Positions 28,587 to 38,359 of a stretch of 64,000 nt of DNA are shown here, piece by piece. Every line of letters starts with the position of its first letter. Positions within the stretch are counted from its first letter, which is position 1. The position numbers and the translations under genes are program-made. The stretch is from NCBI GenBank assembly GCA_963711565.1, contig CAVQEQ010000004.1:96001-160000 (forward strand). Reading direction: 5' to 3'. A model generated the notes under the pieces. The model was not told the DNA's origin. It did no database searches and saw only the letters and a program-made list of their open reading frames with translations. The DNA is from an uncultured delta proteobacterium (GTDB taxonomy: Bacteria; Desulfobacterota; Binatia; Binatales; Binataceae).

Positions 28587-30851
28587 TTACTGGCGTGTCA
28601 TGGCGGCGCGCACTTGCGCGTCGATCTCGCGATCCTGCGGTCCGGTCGGCAATTCAAACACCACGCTCAGAATCCGCCCCGGGTACTCGAACGGCGCTTC
28701 GTACTCCGCGTTGATCGGCGAAAGACTGCGGCCGAGGTCCATACCGGTGCTCGAAAGTATCCGCAGCAGATTTGCGATTTGAGCTTCTCCCACCTGAACG
28801 CCGTCGATCAACAGCGTCGTGCGCGCGGCGGTCTTGTCAGTCTTGTCGATCTTCACCTCGATTTTGTGGCGTCCCGCGGCCAGTCGAGTCTCCGACGCGA
28901 TCAGGGTGTGCTGATGAAAGCAGTTGTAGTCGAACTTCAGCCGGCCCTGTTTCACGTACAGCACGAATCCGCTGTTGCTGCTGCCACGCGAAATGAGCGC
29001 GCCATCTGCGTCGGCGGATGGGTGATCGAGTTCGACGGTCATGGTCCAGCCACGCGCGGTGGATGGACACGCGTCGGCGACGATGTGTGATATGGGCGGA
29101 TAGTAAACGAAGCGCCGGCGCGAGGTTGGCAGCCCCGGCCGCATCGCGGCGCGGAACAGCATCGCGGCGCCGCGGTCGTCGAGCGGTAGCACGCCGTTGC
29201 GCTCCGCCTCGGCCCACCACAGATCAACCATCTCCTTGAGGCGCTTGGGCTCGGCGGCGGCCATGTCGCTGCACTCAGAAAAATCTTCGTCGAGGTGGTA
29301 AAGCTCCCACTTGTCGTCGTCGAATGGTGTGCCCGACTCGTGATGCGTTACCGCCTTCCAGCCACGATGCCAGATTCCCCGATGCCCGAGCATCTCGAAG
29401 TACTGCGTGGTTCGCGCCGTTGCCGCGTTCGGATCGCTAAGCGCAGGCGCGAGACTGGTGCCGTGAACAGGCATCTGCGGGACACCGGCGACCACGCTCG
29501 GCGGCTCGATCTTCAGCAGATCCATCACAGTCGGCGCGAGATCGATCGCATGGCAGAATTGGCGGCGGATTTGTCCCGTCGTTCCGAGCTTCGCGGGCCA
29601 GTGAATAATCAGCGGGTCTCTTACACCGCCGCCGTGGGTATTCTGTTTGTACCACTTCAGCGGAGTGTTCCCCGCCTGCGCCCATCCCCACGGAATGTTG
29701 CTGTGGCTATTGGGTCCGCCGATATCGTCGAGCCGTGCGACCGCCGCGTCGAGGTCCTCGCGCATACCGTTGAAGTAGCGCATCTCGTCGAGCACGCCGA
29801 GCGGGCCGCCCTCCTGGCTGGCGCCGTTGTCGGACATCACGATGAGCAGCGTGTTGTCGAGCAGGTCGAGCTCTTTGAGAAACGCGGTAAGGCGCCCAAT
29901 CTGCGCGTCGGTATGATCCAGCATCGCCGCGAACGCCTCCTGCAATCGCGCGGCGAACAGACGTTCCTTCTCCGAAAGCTGCGACCATGGCTCGACACCC
30001 GGATTGTGCGGCGCGAGCCGCGTGTCCTTGGGCACAACGCCGAATTGTTTTTGCCGGGCGAACCATTCCTCACGCGCCGCATCCCAGCCAGCATCGAAAC
30101 GTCCGCGATATTTTTCGAGGTACTTTCGCGGCGACTGATGAGGCGAATGAGTCGCACCGAATGCCAGGTAGAGAAAGAACGGCCGCTCGGGCACCAATGA
30201 TTTGGTGTCGCGAATGAAACCCATCGAGCGATCGACGATATCCTCGGACACGTGATACCCGTCAGCGACCGTACCGGGAGTATCGACGAAATGATTGTCG
30301 GAAGTCAGTTCGGGATAGAACTGATCGGTTTCGCCCTGCAGGAAGCCATAGTAACGATCGAATCCGCGCTGGAGCGGCCAATTGTGCAACGGTCCCGCCG
30401 CGGTGCATTCCGCCATCGGTGCCAGATGCCACTTTCCGGCGGCGAACGTCGCGTGACCGTGATCGCGCAGAATTTCGGCCAGCGTCGCGGCGGAGCGTGG
30501 AATCGCGCCACGCATGTTAGGAAAGCCGGTGTCCATGTTCGAGATGGCGCGCATCCCGACCGCGTGATGATTGCGTCCCGTGAGCAGGCACGCGCGCGAC
30601 GGCGAGCACAGCGCGGTGGTGTGAAAGCCCGTGAAGCGGATACCCGCGCCGGCGAGCTTGTCTATATTGGATGTCTCGATCGTCGAGCCGTAGCAGCCGA
30701 AATGCGCAAAGCCGCTGTCGTCGAGCACCACGATCACGACGTTCGGAGCACCTTGAGCGAACTTCGGCTCAGGCCACCACGGTTTCGACTCCGCCACAGT
30801 GCGACCGATAACGCCGCCAAATTCTTCGCCCGACGGATGCTTGTACGACAT
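28587..30851 (-). CDS. Arylsulfatase (Cys-type)
   Basis: 'VLDD', 'CSPSRACLLTGR', 'GKWHL', 'SDNG'; C-terminal beta-sandwich. Confidence 0.95.
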   Translation of the reverse strand: MSYKHPSGEEFGGVIGRTVAESKPWWPEPKFAQGAPNVVIVVLDDSGFAHFGCYGSTIETSNIDKLAGAGIRFTGFHTTALCSPSRACLLTGRNHHAVGMRAISNMDTGFPNMRGAIPRSAATLAEILRDHGHATFAAGKWHLAPMAECTAAGPLHNWPLQRGFDRYYGFLQGETDQFYPELTSDNHFVDTPGTVADGYHVSEDIVDRSMGFIRDTKSLVPERPFFLYLAFGATHSPHQSPRKYLEKYRGRFDAGWDAAREEWFARQKQFGVVPKDTRLAPHNPGVEPWSQLSEKERLFAARLQEAFAAMLDHTDAQIGRLTAFLKELDLLDNTLLIVMSDNGASQEGGPLGVLDEMRYFNGMREDLDAAVARLDDIGGPNSHSNIPWGWAQAGNTPLKWYKQNTHGGGVRDPLIIHWPAKLGTTGQIRRQFCHAIDLAPTVMDLLKIEPPSVVAGVPQMPVHGTSLAPALSDPNAATARTTQYFEMLGHRGIWHRGWKAVTHHESGTPFDDDKWELYHLDEDFSECSDMAAAEPKRLKEMVDLWWAEAERNGVLPLDDRGAAMLFRAAMRPGLPTSRRRFVYYPPISHIVADACPSTARGWTMTVELDHPSADADGALISRGSSNSGFVLYVKQGRLKFDYNCFHQHTLIASETRLAAGRHKIEVKIDKTDKTAARTTLLIDGVQVGEAQIANLLRILSSTGMDLGRSLSPINAEYEAPFEYPGRILSVVFELPTGPQDREIDAQVRAAMTRQ

Positions 30852-31249
30852 TGACTTTTCCTCCCATGCGTCTCTTCTGTGATGACCTCTATCAATCAAA
30901 TCGGATCAGTTCCACGCCCTCGTGCGATCAGTGGACGTACGGTGTGTTCACAACCATCTGCATGACTTTGGACGCCTGATGATACTGGGACGTACCAAAA
31001 CGCCGGCTACGGAGCTGGCTTGGGAAGTATTAGTTCGGATTACTAACACGACGGTGCTGTGGAGCACGTCCCCAGGCGAATGCCGATGGAAAGTTCGTCG
31101 ATGTTAGTGAGACGCTAGCAGTGGTCCCGCAGTTGAACGTCAACGGCAGCGAATCCGATCCAGGCTGGTCAAGAGCAAAGCGGCGACGGTAGTGACCGCG
31201 AAAAACATCCAACAGTTAGTCAATCAAGAATTGACAAGGAGTATGCATC

Positions 31250-31738
31250 ATGGTTCTTTTCACTCATCCAGCCGTACGCGCAGCTAGCGTTGCGGTAACT
31301 CTTCTTGGCGCTATCGCTCTCGCCAACCCTTCCTTTGCGGCTTCAGATTCGCAGCAGGCGATGGCGTCCACTGAGGCGGAACCTGCCGGCGGCACCGCGG
31401 TCGAGGCCCGCATCAAGGACCTGCACAAAAGGCTGCACATCACCGAGGCGCAGAAGCCGCAATGGGACAACCTTATTCAGGTGATGCGCGAAAATGCGCA
31501 GGCGATGACGGATCTTCAGAAAGAGCGGGCTGCGGACGCGCAGTCGATGAGCGCTGTCAACGTCATCAAATCCTACGAATCGGTCATCGCAGCGCATGAA
31601 GACGGAATGAAGAAATTCGTGCCGCCGTTCGAGGCTCTCTACAACACCATGTCGGACGCGCAGAAGAAGACTGCCGACTCCCTGTTCCGCTCGCGCGAAA
31701 AGGTGTCGGCCGCAAAACAGACCGCAGCCAGCAAGTGA
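31250..31738 (+). CDS. Spy/CpxP (LTXXQ) family periplasmic chaperone
   Basis: Signal peptide; 'LHITEAQKPQW'; 'LYNTMSDAQKKTADSLF'. Confidence 0.85.
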   Translation: MVLFTHPAVRAASVAVTLLGAIALANPSFAASDSQQAMASTEAEPAGGTAVEARIKDLHKRLHITEAQKPQWDNLIQVMRENAQAMTDLQKERAADAQSMSAVNVIKSYESVIAAHEDGMKKFVPPFEALYNTMSDAQKKTADSLFRSREKVSAAKQTAASK

Positions 31739-31769
31739 AGCGGGAGCGATCCCGCGAGGTAGTGAAATA

Positions 31770-32108
31770 ATGCAAGTGTCGATTAAACCGAAAGGAAAAT
31801 TACGCTCGAAGATAGTCAGAGTTGCGGCGGCGGTCGGGTTTGTCCTCGTAATTGGCAGCTTCGGGGTCGGACCGGCTGGAGCCGCCGACCATCGCGGCGG
31901 TAACAACCACGCCGCAGCTCAGCATAACAATAACGGTAATCACGGCAGCTACCGCGGAGGCGGTGGTGGTTACTGGGGCGGCTATGGCGGCAACTATTAC
32001 GCGCCTCAGCCGGATTACTACGCGGCCCCTGAGCCTTACTACTATGGCGATGCGCCGGAGTATGATGCGCCGCCGCCGCAGGGCATCAGCCTCTTTTTTG
32101 GCCTTTAA
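31770..32108 (+). CDS. Small secreted Gly/Tyr/Pro-rich protein
   Basis: Signal peptide; G/Y-rich low complexity; ends PPPQGISLFFGL. Confidence 0.75.
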   Translation: MQVSIKPKGKLRSKIVRVAAAVGFVLVIGSFGVGPAGAADHRGGNNHAAAQHNNNGNHGSYRGGGGGYWGGYGGNYYAPQPDYYAAPEPYYYGDAPEYDAPPPQGISLFFGL

Positions 32109-32210
32109 TGGCGAAACCGCTCGAAGGTAGTGTCCTAATCGGAAATTAGGACACTACCCGAACTGCGCGCGGGATTCCCGGCAACGATAGTGTCCGGCGA
32201 TCATCCCGGC

Positions 32211-33220
32211 CTAGAGCACCTTCGCTCTCAGTTGCGGAAACACTTTCGATACCTTGTTCAGCAGGTAGTCGCCGTAGGTACCGCTGACTGTTGCCAGGTC
32301 GGCGCCGTCCCATCGACGGCCATGACGCCGCCGCTCGCCGGCGGTGGGATCCGGCGCCAGAATTTTGATCGGCTCCAGCACCGCGTCGAAACTCGGATCG
32401 AGAAACAGCGGCATCGAGGTGCGATCCCGCGTCGAGACGTTGCGCACGCGATGCAATGCCGACACGTAACGGCCGGCCGTCAACCGCTCGAGCATGTCGC
32501 CGACATTGCAGACGAACGAATCGGGCACGGGCGGCGCCGGCATCCATCGATCATGATGCCAAATCTGGAGACCCGCGACCGCGTCCTGCTGCAGCAAGGT
32601 CAGCAATCCATAGTCGGTGTGCTCGCCCACGCCAAGTTCGTTTTCATCGGCATTGGCGGTAGAAGGCGGATAATTGAAAATCCGGAAGAGTACCGTCGGG
32701 TCGCTTGTGTAGCGCTCGAGGAAGTAGTCCTGCTCAAGTCCGAGGCCGGCGGCAATCCCGCTCAGCAAGAGTTGGCCGACCGCAGTGACCTCATCTATAT
32801 AGGCCAGCAGCGTGTCGCGGAATCCGGGCAGCGCCGGATAGAGATTCGTGCCGTGCAGCGGAACGCCGGCGCGAACCCGCGGATCGTCGGGTCCCAGTTC
32901 GGTGCCGAAGTAGATTCCTTCCTTGCGATCGGCAGGCCCGAAGTCAGCTCACCGTCCACGGGAAAGTAGCCGCGCCACGCGCGCCCGCCATGCGCCATCG
33001 CGATCGTCATCTTCTGTTCGAGCGGCGAATCGAAGAACTTACGCGCGAGCGTCATCAGGCGCGCGGACAGGGCAGGGGAGATTCCGTGGCCCGTGATGTA
33101 GAAAAATCCGAACTCGCAGCACGCCTCGTCGAGAGCCGCGCCAATGCGGGCGAGGTCGCGAGTATCGCGGCGCAGCGATCCGATATCAATGACGGGAAGT
33201 GTTTCGGTTGAGCTCGTCAA
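32211..33220 (-). pseudogene. Isopenicillin N synthase-like 2OG-Fe(II) oxygenase with a -1 frameshift at about 32930
   Basis: 'LPVIDI', 'ACCEFGFFYITGHG', 'HTDYG', 'HRV', 'RTSMP'; adding one base restores GELTSGLPDRKEGIYFG. Confidence 0.85.
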
Positions 33221-33227
33221 CGACGCC

Positions 33228-34274
33228 TCACTCCAGACCCTTCAGGAAATCACGCAGCACGCGATCCCACTTCTGCCAGTCTGCTCCGCTGGCCATGTGA
33301 CCCTTGTCGCTGCCGATCTCGAAGTAGGTCGCATCGACGCGCGCGGCCTTTAATTTCGCCATCACGTCGGGCGCGATGCTCGGCGGAAATAGTTTGTCGG
33401 TGCGCGACAGGACGTAGAGCACCTTCGCGCGAATCTTAGCGAAGTCCTTCTCGGCATTGTAATGCGAGCGCGCCCGCGCCAGCGCAATCATCGAATTGGG
33501 ATCGAAGGCCCTCGCCCACGATTCCGCGAGCTGATGGATCGCCGCCTCGCGCTTCGCTGGATCGGGAAACCTCGGAGCGAGTTCGGCCTCGATTCCGTAA
33601 CGCTTGAGCGTCGCGACGCGCAGCTCCGTCATGAAGCCGAGCATCTCCGCGTTGCCGTAATGATGCCCGCCGTTCCATCCGGGAGCCTCGGCAAATCGCG
33701 CCCGCAGATCGGCCACCATGCGGTCTCCGTTAGGCGCGTTGGGCGCGGTGACGACGGCGACGATTCCGCTCATCGCGTCGGGAAAGGTGACGCCCCATTG
33801 AAACGCCTGGTAGCCGCCGAACGACGGTCCCGCAACTGCTACCAGATGCTTCACGCCGAGCGCGTCGAGCAGCGCGCGCTGCGCGATAACGATGTCGACA
33901 ATGGAGTAGTCGGGAAAATCCGGACCATACGGCTTGCCGGTTTTCGGATTGATGCTCGCGGGCGCGGTCGAGCCGTACGACGAGCCGAGCATGTTCGACG
34001 ACACCACGAAATATTTGTTGGTGTCGATCGCCTTGCCGGGTCCAATCAGCCCGTCCCACAATCCCGCTTCGCCATTGGCGTTGAGTCCAGCCGCGTGCTG
34101 GCTCGAGGTGTAGCCGTGGGTGGCGAGGATCGCGTTGCGTCCGTCCGGCGCGAGAGTGCCGTAGGTCTCATAGACGAGCTTGAGCTCGGGCAGGACCTCG
34201 CCGCTCTGCAAGCGGAAGTTCATCGCCGAGAAACTTTTTACTTCGACCAAGCCGAGGCCGCTCTGATTCGCCAT
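33228..34274 (-). CDS. Homoserine O-acetyltransferase (MetX)-like alpha/beta hydrolase
   Basis: 'YETYGTL', 'WDGLIGPGKAIDTNKYFVV', nucleophile 'GPSFGG', 'DKLFPP', 'KGH'. Confidence 0.85.
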   Translation of the reverse strand: MANQSGLGLVEVKSFSAMNFRLQSGEVLPELKLVYETYGTLAPDGRNAILATHGYTSSQHAAGLNANGEAGLWDGLIGPGKAIDTNKYFVVSSNMLGSSYGSTAPASINPKTGKPYGPDFPDYSIVDIVIAQRALLDALGVKHLVAVAGPSFGGYQAFQWGVTFPDAMSGIVAVVTAPNAPNGDRMVADLRARFAEAPGWNGGHHYGNAEMLGFMTELRVATLKRYGIEAELAPRFPDPAKREAAIHQLAESWARAFDPNSMIALARARSHYNAEKDFAKIRAKVLYVLSRTDKLFPPSIAPDVMAKLKAARVDATYFEIGSDKGHMASGADWQKWDRVLRDFLKGLE

Positions 34275-34325
34275 CTCATTGCTCCTGCGATCCTTCTATC
34301 GCGTGCAGCCGATTTACGAAAGCGC

Positions 34326-34363
34326 TTGACTGGGTTGTACGAAATAGCTTACAAAATTGTAAG
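34326..34363 (+). promoter_or_regulatory. Sigma70-like promoter with a palindromic operator, probably for the TetR
   Basis: TTGACT at 34326; dyad CTTACAA-AA-TTGTAAG at 34348-34363 over the -10 region, upstream of gst-tetR. Confidence 0.6.
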
Positions 34364-34398
34364 TAATCGCCGCATCCGAAACAAAGGAAGTTACCTCA

Positions 34399-35217
34399 AT
34401 GGACACCCCCGAGTTGTGGCAGTTCACCAGCTCTCACTTCAACGAGAAGGCGCGCTGGGCGTTGGACTTCAAGCGTGTGCCGCATATCCGCCATTCGCTG
34501 ATTCCCGGCTTTCACGTTCCCGTTATCAAGCGCATGACCGGCAAGACGCACGTTCCGGTGCTGAAGCTGAATGGCGCGGCGATCTCCGATTCAAGCAAGA
34601 TCATCGAGGCGCTCGAGCGCGCGTATCCCGAACCCGCGCTCTATCCCGCCGACCCGGATGAGCGCCGCCGCGCACTCGAACTGCAAGACTACTTCGACGA
34701 GGAACTGGGGCCGTATATTCGGCGCTGGATCTTTTACGTCATCCTGCCGTATCCGCAGTTTGTGCGCGCCGCCTTCGTCTCTCACGCCAGTCCGGCTGCT
34801 CAACTCGCGCAGCGCGCGATGTCTCCGCTAATCGGTGTGATCATGCGGCGGCAGATGAATATCAATCCCGCCACTGCCGAGATCGCACGCAACAAGACGC
34901 TGGCCGCGATGGATCGGCTCGAGCACGAGGTGCGGCCGTCGGGTTACCTGGTGAGCGATCGGTTTACGGTCGCCGATCTTACGGCAGCTGCGCTGCTGTC
35001 GCCGCTGGTCAGACCGCCGGAGTTTCCGTACAAGGCCGCGGGTCCGCTTCCGGAGCCGCTCGCGAAAATCCGAGACTCAGTCTCGACCCATCGCGCGTTT
35101 CGATGGACGCTCGAGACTTATCGGCAGCATCGCGGCGAATCAGCGGAAGTCGCAACCCAGGCGAATGTTTCGCGGATCAAGACGGATGCGAACCGGACCG
35201 CGAACACCGGCAGTTAG
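34399..35217 (+). CDS. Glutathione S-transferase family protein
   Basis: 'SHFNEKARWALDFK', 'VPVL', 'DSSKI', 'FTVADL'. Confidence 0.92.
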   Translation: MDTPELWQFTSSHFNEKARWALDFKRVPHIRHSLIPGFHVPVIKRMTGKTHVPVLKLNGAAISDSSKIIEALERAYPEPALYPADPDERRRALELQDYFDEELGPYIRRWIFYVILPYPQFVRAAFVSHASPAAQLAQRAMSPLIGVIMRRQMNINPATAEIARNKTLAAMDRLEHEVRPSGYLVSDRFTVADLTAAALLSPLVRPPEFPYKAAGPLPEPLAKIRDSVSTHRAFRWTLETYRQHRGESAEVATQANVSRIKTDANRTANTGS

Positions 35218-35881
35218 CTCCAGGAGCCATCCCGCGCCGGGGCTCGCGCGTGACCGTACCACGGCTCGACGGCGTCGGAGCGCGGCCGAGACTCGCCATA
35301 TGATCCTCGAGGCGGCGGAGCGCCGTCTGCTTGTCGGCGGGCCGGAGGCGATCCGGCTTCAGGAAATCGCCGCCGACGCCGGCATCTCGCACCCCGCGAT
35401 CCTCCATCACTTCGGCAGTCGCGAAGGGTTGGTTGAAGCGATGGTCCTGCGCGGGATCGCAAGGCTGCAGGCGCAATTCCTCGAGGGATGGCCGAGCGCG
35501 AAAGAACCCGACATCGAGGGCGTCCTCGAACGCTTTTACGAAGTCGCTTCGCGCCGAGGAATAGCGCGCATGCTCGCCTGGCTGATTCTTTCCGGCGAGG
35601 GCAGCAGGACGATGACGCCGAACGTGTTCAAGCCCGCGGCCGAAAGAATGCACGCGGGGCGGCTTCGCCGAGCGCAGAAGGAGGGACGGCGGCCGCCCGA
35701 GTTGGAAGAGACGCTCTTCGCCGCCAGCCATCTCTTTATTCTCGTGCTTGGCGATTCGTTGTTTGGGCCGAGCGTGCGGCGATCGATGGGACTCGGTTCA
35801 AGCGCCGACAGCACGCGCAGATTTCGTCGCTGGCTCGGCAAAGTTATGGAGCGAATGGAATCGCGCCGATCAGCGCACTGA
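35186..35881 (+). CDS. TetR/AcrR family regulator; start uncertain
   Basis: 'ILEAAERRL...IRLQEIAADAGISHPAILHHFGSREGL'. Confidence 0.9.
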   Translation: MRTGPRTPAVSSRSHPAPGLARDRTTARRRRSAAETRHMILEAAERRLLVGGPEAIRLQEIAADAGISHPAILHHFGSREGLVEAMVLRGIARLQAQFLEGWPSAKEPDIEGVLERFYEVASRRGIARMLAWLILSGEGSRTMTPNVFKPAAERMHAGRLRRAQKEGRRPPELEETLFAASHLFILVLGDSLFGPSVRRSMGLGSSADSTRRFRRWLGKVMERMESRRSAH

Positions 35882-35890
35882 TTTTCGCGC

Positions 35891-36505
35891 TCAGCGTTTA
35901 GGCGTGCGGCGGAAAGTCCAGAAGCGGACGCCGCTGCCGCCGGCCTCTTCGCCGTTCACGATCAGCTCGAAGCCCTGTTTCAGATAGAACGCGACGTTGC
36001 GCTGGTTCTCGGTTTCGAGATAGCACGCGACGCGCTCCTTGTCGGCGCGTTCGAGCACCGGGCGCATCAATGCGCCGCCGAGTCCTCGACGCTGACGCCC
36101 CGGCTCGACGCCGAGCAGGAACAGGTACCAGCACGCGCTGGTCATGTCGCGCTCGCGCGCCTGCCATTCGCGTCCGACCACTTCGCGATAGCGCTGATAC
36201 GCCTCGTCGCCGATAAGGGTCGCCGTCTCGTGCAGCCCCGACGCTTCGATATTTTCGCGCGTCCATTTCGCGTTCGGCGGGAGCCAGAGCGCGACGCCTT
36301 CGAGCGCGCCGGCAGTCACGTAGACTTCGCCGGTGAGAACGCCGAAGCGGATCATCCTGGCGTACACGTCCGGCAGCAACCGCGTGCGTTCGACGGCGTC
36401 GGGAACGGCGTAGATCATCAGCGGATCGTCGTGGAAGGCGCGCGCGAGCGTCGCCGCAGCCGGGGGAATTTGGGAGTCAGCGAGTCTTACAATTTCCGCA
36501 CTCAC
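35891..36505 (-). CDS. GNAT N-acetyltransferase (puromycin acetyltransferase-like)
   Basis: 'LARAFHDDP', 'LGVEPGRQRRGLG', 'YLET..RNVAFY...GF'. Confidence 0.9.
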   Translation of the reverse strand: MSAEIVRLADSQIPPAAATLARAFHDDPLMIYAVPDAVERTRLLPDVYARMIRFGVLTGEVYVTAGALEGVALWLPPNAKWTRENIEASGLHETATLIGDEAYQRYREVVGREWQARERDMTSACWYLFLLGVEPGRQRRGLGGALMRPVLERADKERVACYLETENQRNVAFYLKQGFELIVNGEEAGGSGVRFWTFRRTPKR

Positions 36506-36544
36506 GGATGCATCTTCGCACGCGCGTCCGCGATGTAGCGACTG

Positions 36545-38359
36545 CTATCGATACGCGGCGGCCTGGATGCCGTAGAGCTCGGCGTACTGGCCGCCTTTCG
36601 CCATCAGCGCTTCGTGAGTGCCGACCTCGGCGACGCGCGCGCCGTCGAGCACGACGATTTGATCGGCCATCCGCACAGTGCTGAACCGATGCGAGATGAG
36701 AATCGTGATTTGTCCCTGTCGTCCGTTGCCGGAACTGCCGTCGCGCCGTTCACTTCGCGCGGCCGCCGCGTAGCGCTCGAACAGCGCGTGCTCGGTCTCG
36801 GCATCAAGCGCCGCAGTGGGTTCGTCGAGCACTAGCAGGAGCGGATGATCGCGCATGAAGCCGCGCGCGAGCGCCAGCTTCTGCCACTGGCCGAAACTCA
36901 CTTCGACTCCGCTCGGCCAGGTCGGACCGAGCTGTGTCTCGAGGCCGGCATTCAGATGCGCGATCACGTCGTCGGCGCCGGCGCGATTGACGGCGGCCAC
37001 GACCGCCCGTTCGTCGTCGAGCCGCGGGACGTCGCCGAGACCCACCGTGTGCCGCGCGCGAAACTCGAAGCGGAAAAAATCCTGGAACGCGCCCGCTACG
37101 TGCTCGCGCCAATCGTCGGCGGGAATCCGCGCCAGGTCCACTCCATCTATAAGGATGCGTCCCTGGTCGGGCTGGTAGAGCCGCGCGAGCAGCTTGACCA
37201 GCGTACTTTTCCCGGCGCCGTTCTCGCCGACGATCGCAACCACCGACCCTTGTTTCAGATCGAGGCTGACATCGTCCAGCACATGGCGCGCGGTTCCCGG
37301 ATACGCGAACGACACATGCTCGAGCCGGATACCATCGACGAGGCTGTCCGGCGCCGGCGTGTCCGCATGCTCCGTCAGCGCGGCCGCGTAGTCCTCGAGC
37401 CACGCCAGCCGGCGGGAACCGTCAAGCCAGATGCCGCGCAGAAATCCAATCTCGCCGACGGTAGCGCCAATGTACGCCGACAGCCGCGATCCCGCCGCGA
37501 GCACCAGCAGCACCTGTCCCGAAGTTGCGTGGAGCCCGACGGTGACGTACACGATCGCGCCGATGTAACCGGCGCCGAAAATCAACCACGCGACCGTATG
37601 CCACGCCGCACTGCCCCAGCGCGCGGAAGCGACCGGCCCATACCAGCGCTCCCACGCCTCGCGCCGCATCTTCACCAGCCGACTTCCAATCCGCGTGACG
37701 CGCACCTCTTTGCCGGGCGGCGCGGTTGTCGCGACGGTGAACAAATGCCGCGCAAGACGATTTGCCGATGCGCCACGCTCTTCCGCGGCGCGCTCGATAC
37801 CGGGACGCCAGGTCGAGGTCAACACGGTCGGCAACGCGAACGCAGCCAGCAATGCGAGGATCGGGCTGATCGACATCAGCAGCACTACGGTCACGCCAAG
37901 CCGCAGGATCCATCCACACGTCGAGAACAGCGACATGTACATGTGGTCGAGCACGAAGACCTGGTCGCGTAGCACGGCGAGGCGGTCGAGGTAGTCGGGA
38001 CGTTCGTGATGCGCGATGGTCGCGACGGTGGCTTGCAGCCTTGCCACGTGAGACTCGAGCGCGATTGTCAGGCGGTCGCGAAAGCGGCGCTGAACGCGGT
38101 CGCTGGTCACGCGCAGGAACCAGGTGCCGACGGCGGATACGCCGAGCCCCATCGCGGCCGCGATTACCTCGAAGCGATCGTGACCCGTCACTCCGTTCGC
38201 CAGCAGCATCAGCCACAGCGCCAACAACGCGTCGGGCAGCGCGGCCAGCAGCGACAGGCCGAACGCCACCGTCAGCAGGCGCGGCTCCGCCTGATAGCCG
38301 CGCTTGAGCGCGCGCCACATCGCGGGAATCGCGGCGGGCATATCGTCATGCGGGCTCAT
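36545..38359 (-). CDS. ABC exporter, fused TMD-NBD, degenerate signature
   Basis: GENGAGKS; signature VSFGQ; LDEPT; ISHR. Confidence 0.92.
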   Translation of the reverse strand: MSPHDDMPAAIPAMWRALKRGYQAEPRLLTVAFGLSLLAALPDALLALWLMLLANGVTGHDRFEVIAAAMGLGVSAVGTWFLRVTSDRVQRRFRDRLTIALESHVARLQATVATIAHHERPDYLDRLAVLRDQVFVLDHMYMSLFSTCGWILRLGVTVVLLMSISPILALLAAFALPTVLTSTWRPGIERAAEERGASANRLARHLFTVATTAPPGKEVRVTRIGSRLVKMRREAWERWYGPVASARWGSAAWHTVAWLIFGAGYIGAIVYVTVGLHATSGQVLLVLAAGSRLSAYIGATVGEIGFLRGIWLDGSRRLAWLEDYAAALTEHADTPAPDSLVDGIRLEHVSFAYPGTARHVLDDVSLDLKQGSVVAIVGENGAGKSTLVKLLARLYQPDQGRILIDGVDLARIPADDWREHVAGAFQDFFRFEFRARHTVGLGDVPRLDDERAVVAAVNRAGADDVIAHLNAGLETQLGPTWPSGVEVSFGQWQKLALARGFMRDHPLLLVLDEPTAALDAETEHALFERYAAAARSERRDGSSGNGRQGQITILISHRFSTVRMADQIVVLDGARVAEVGTHEALMAKGGQYAELYGIQAAAYR

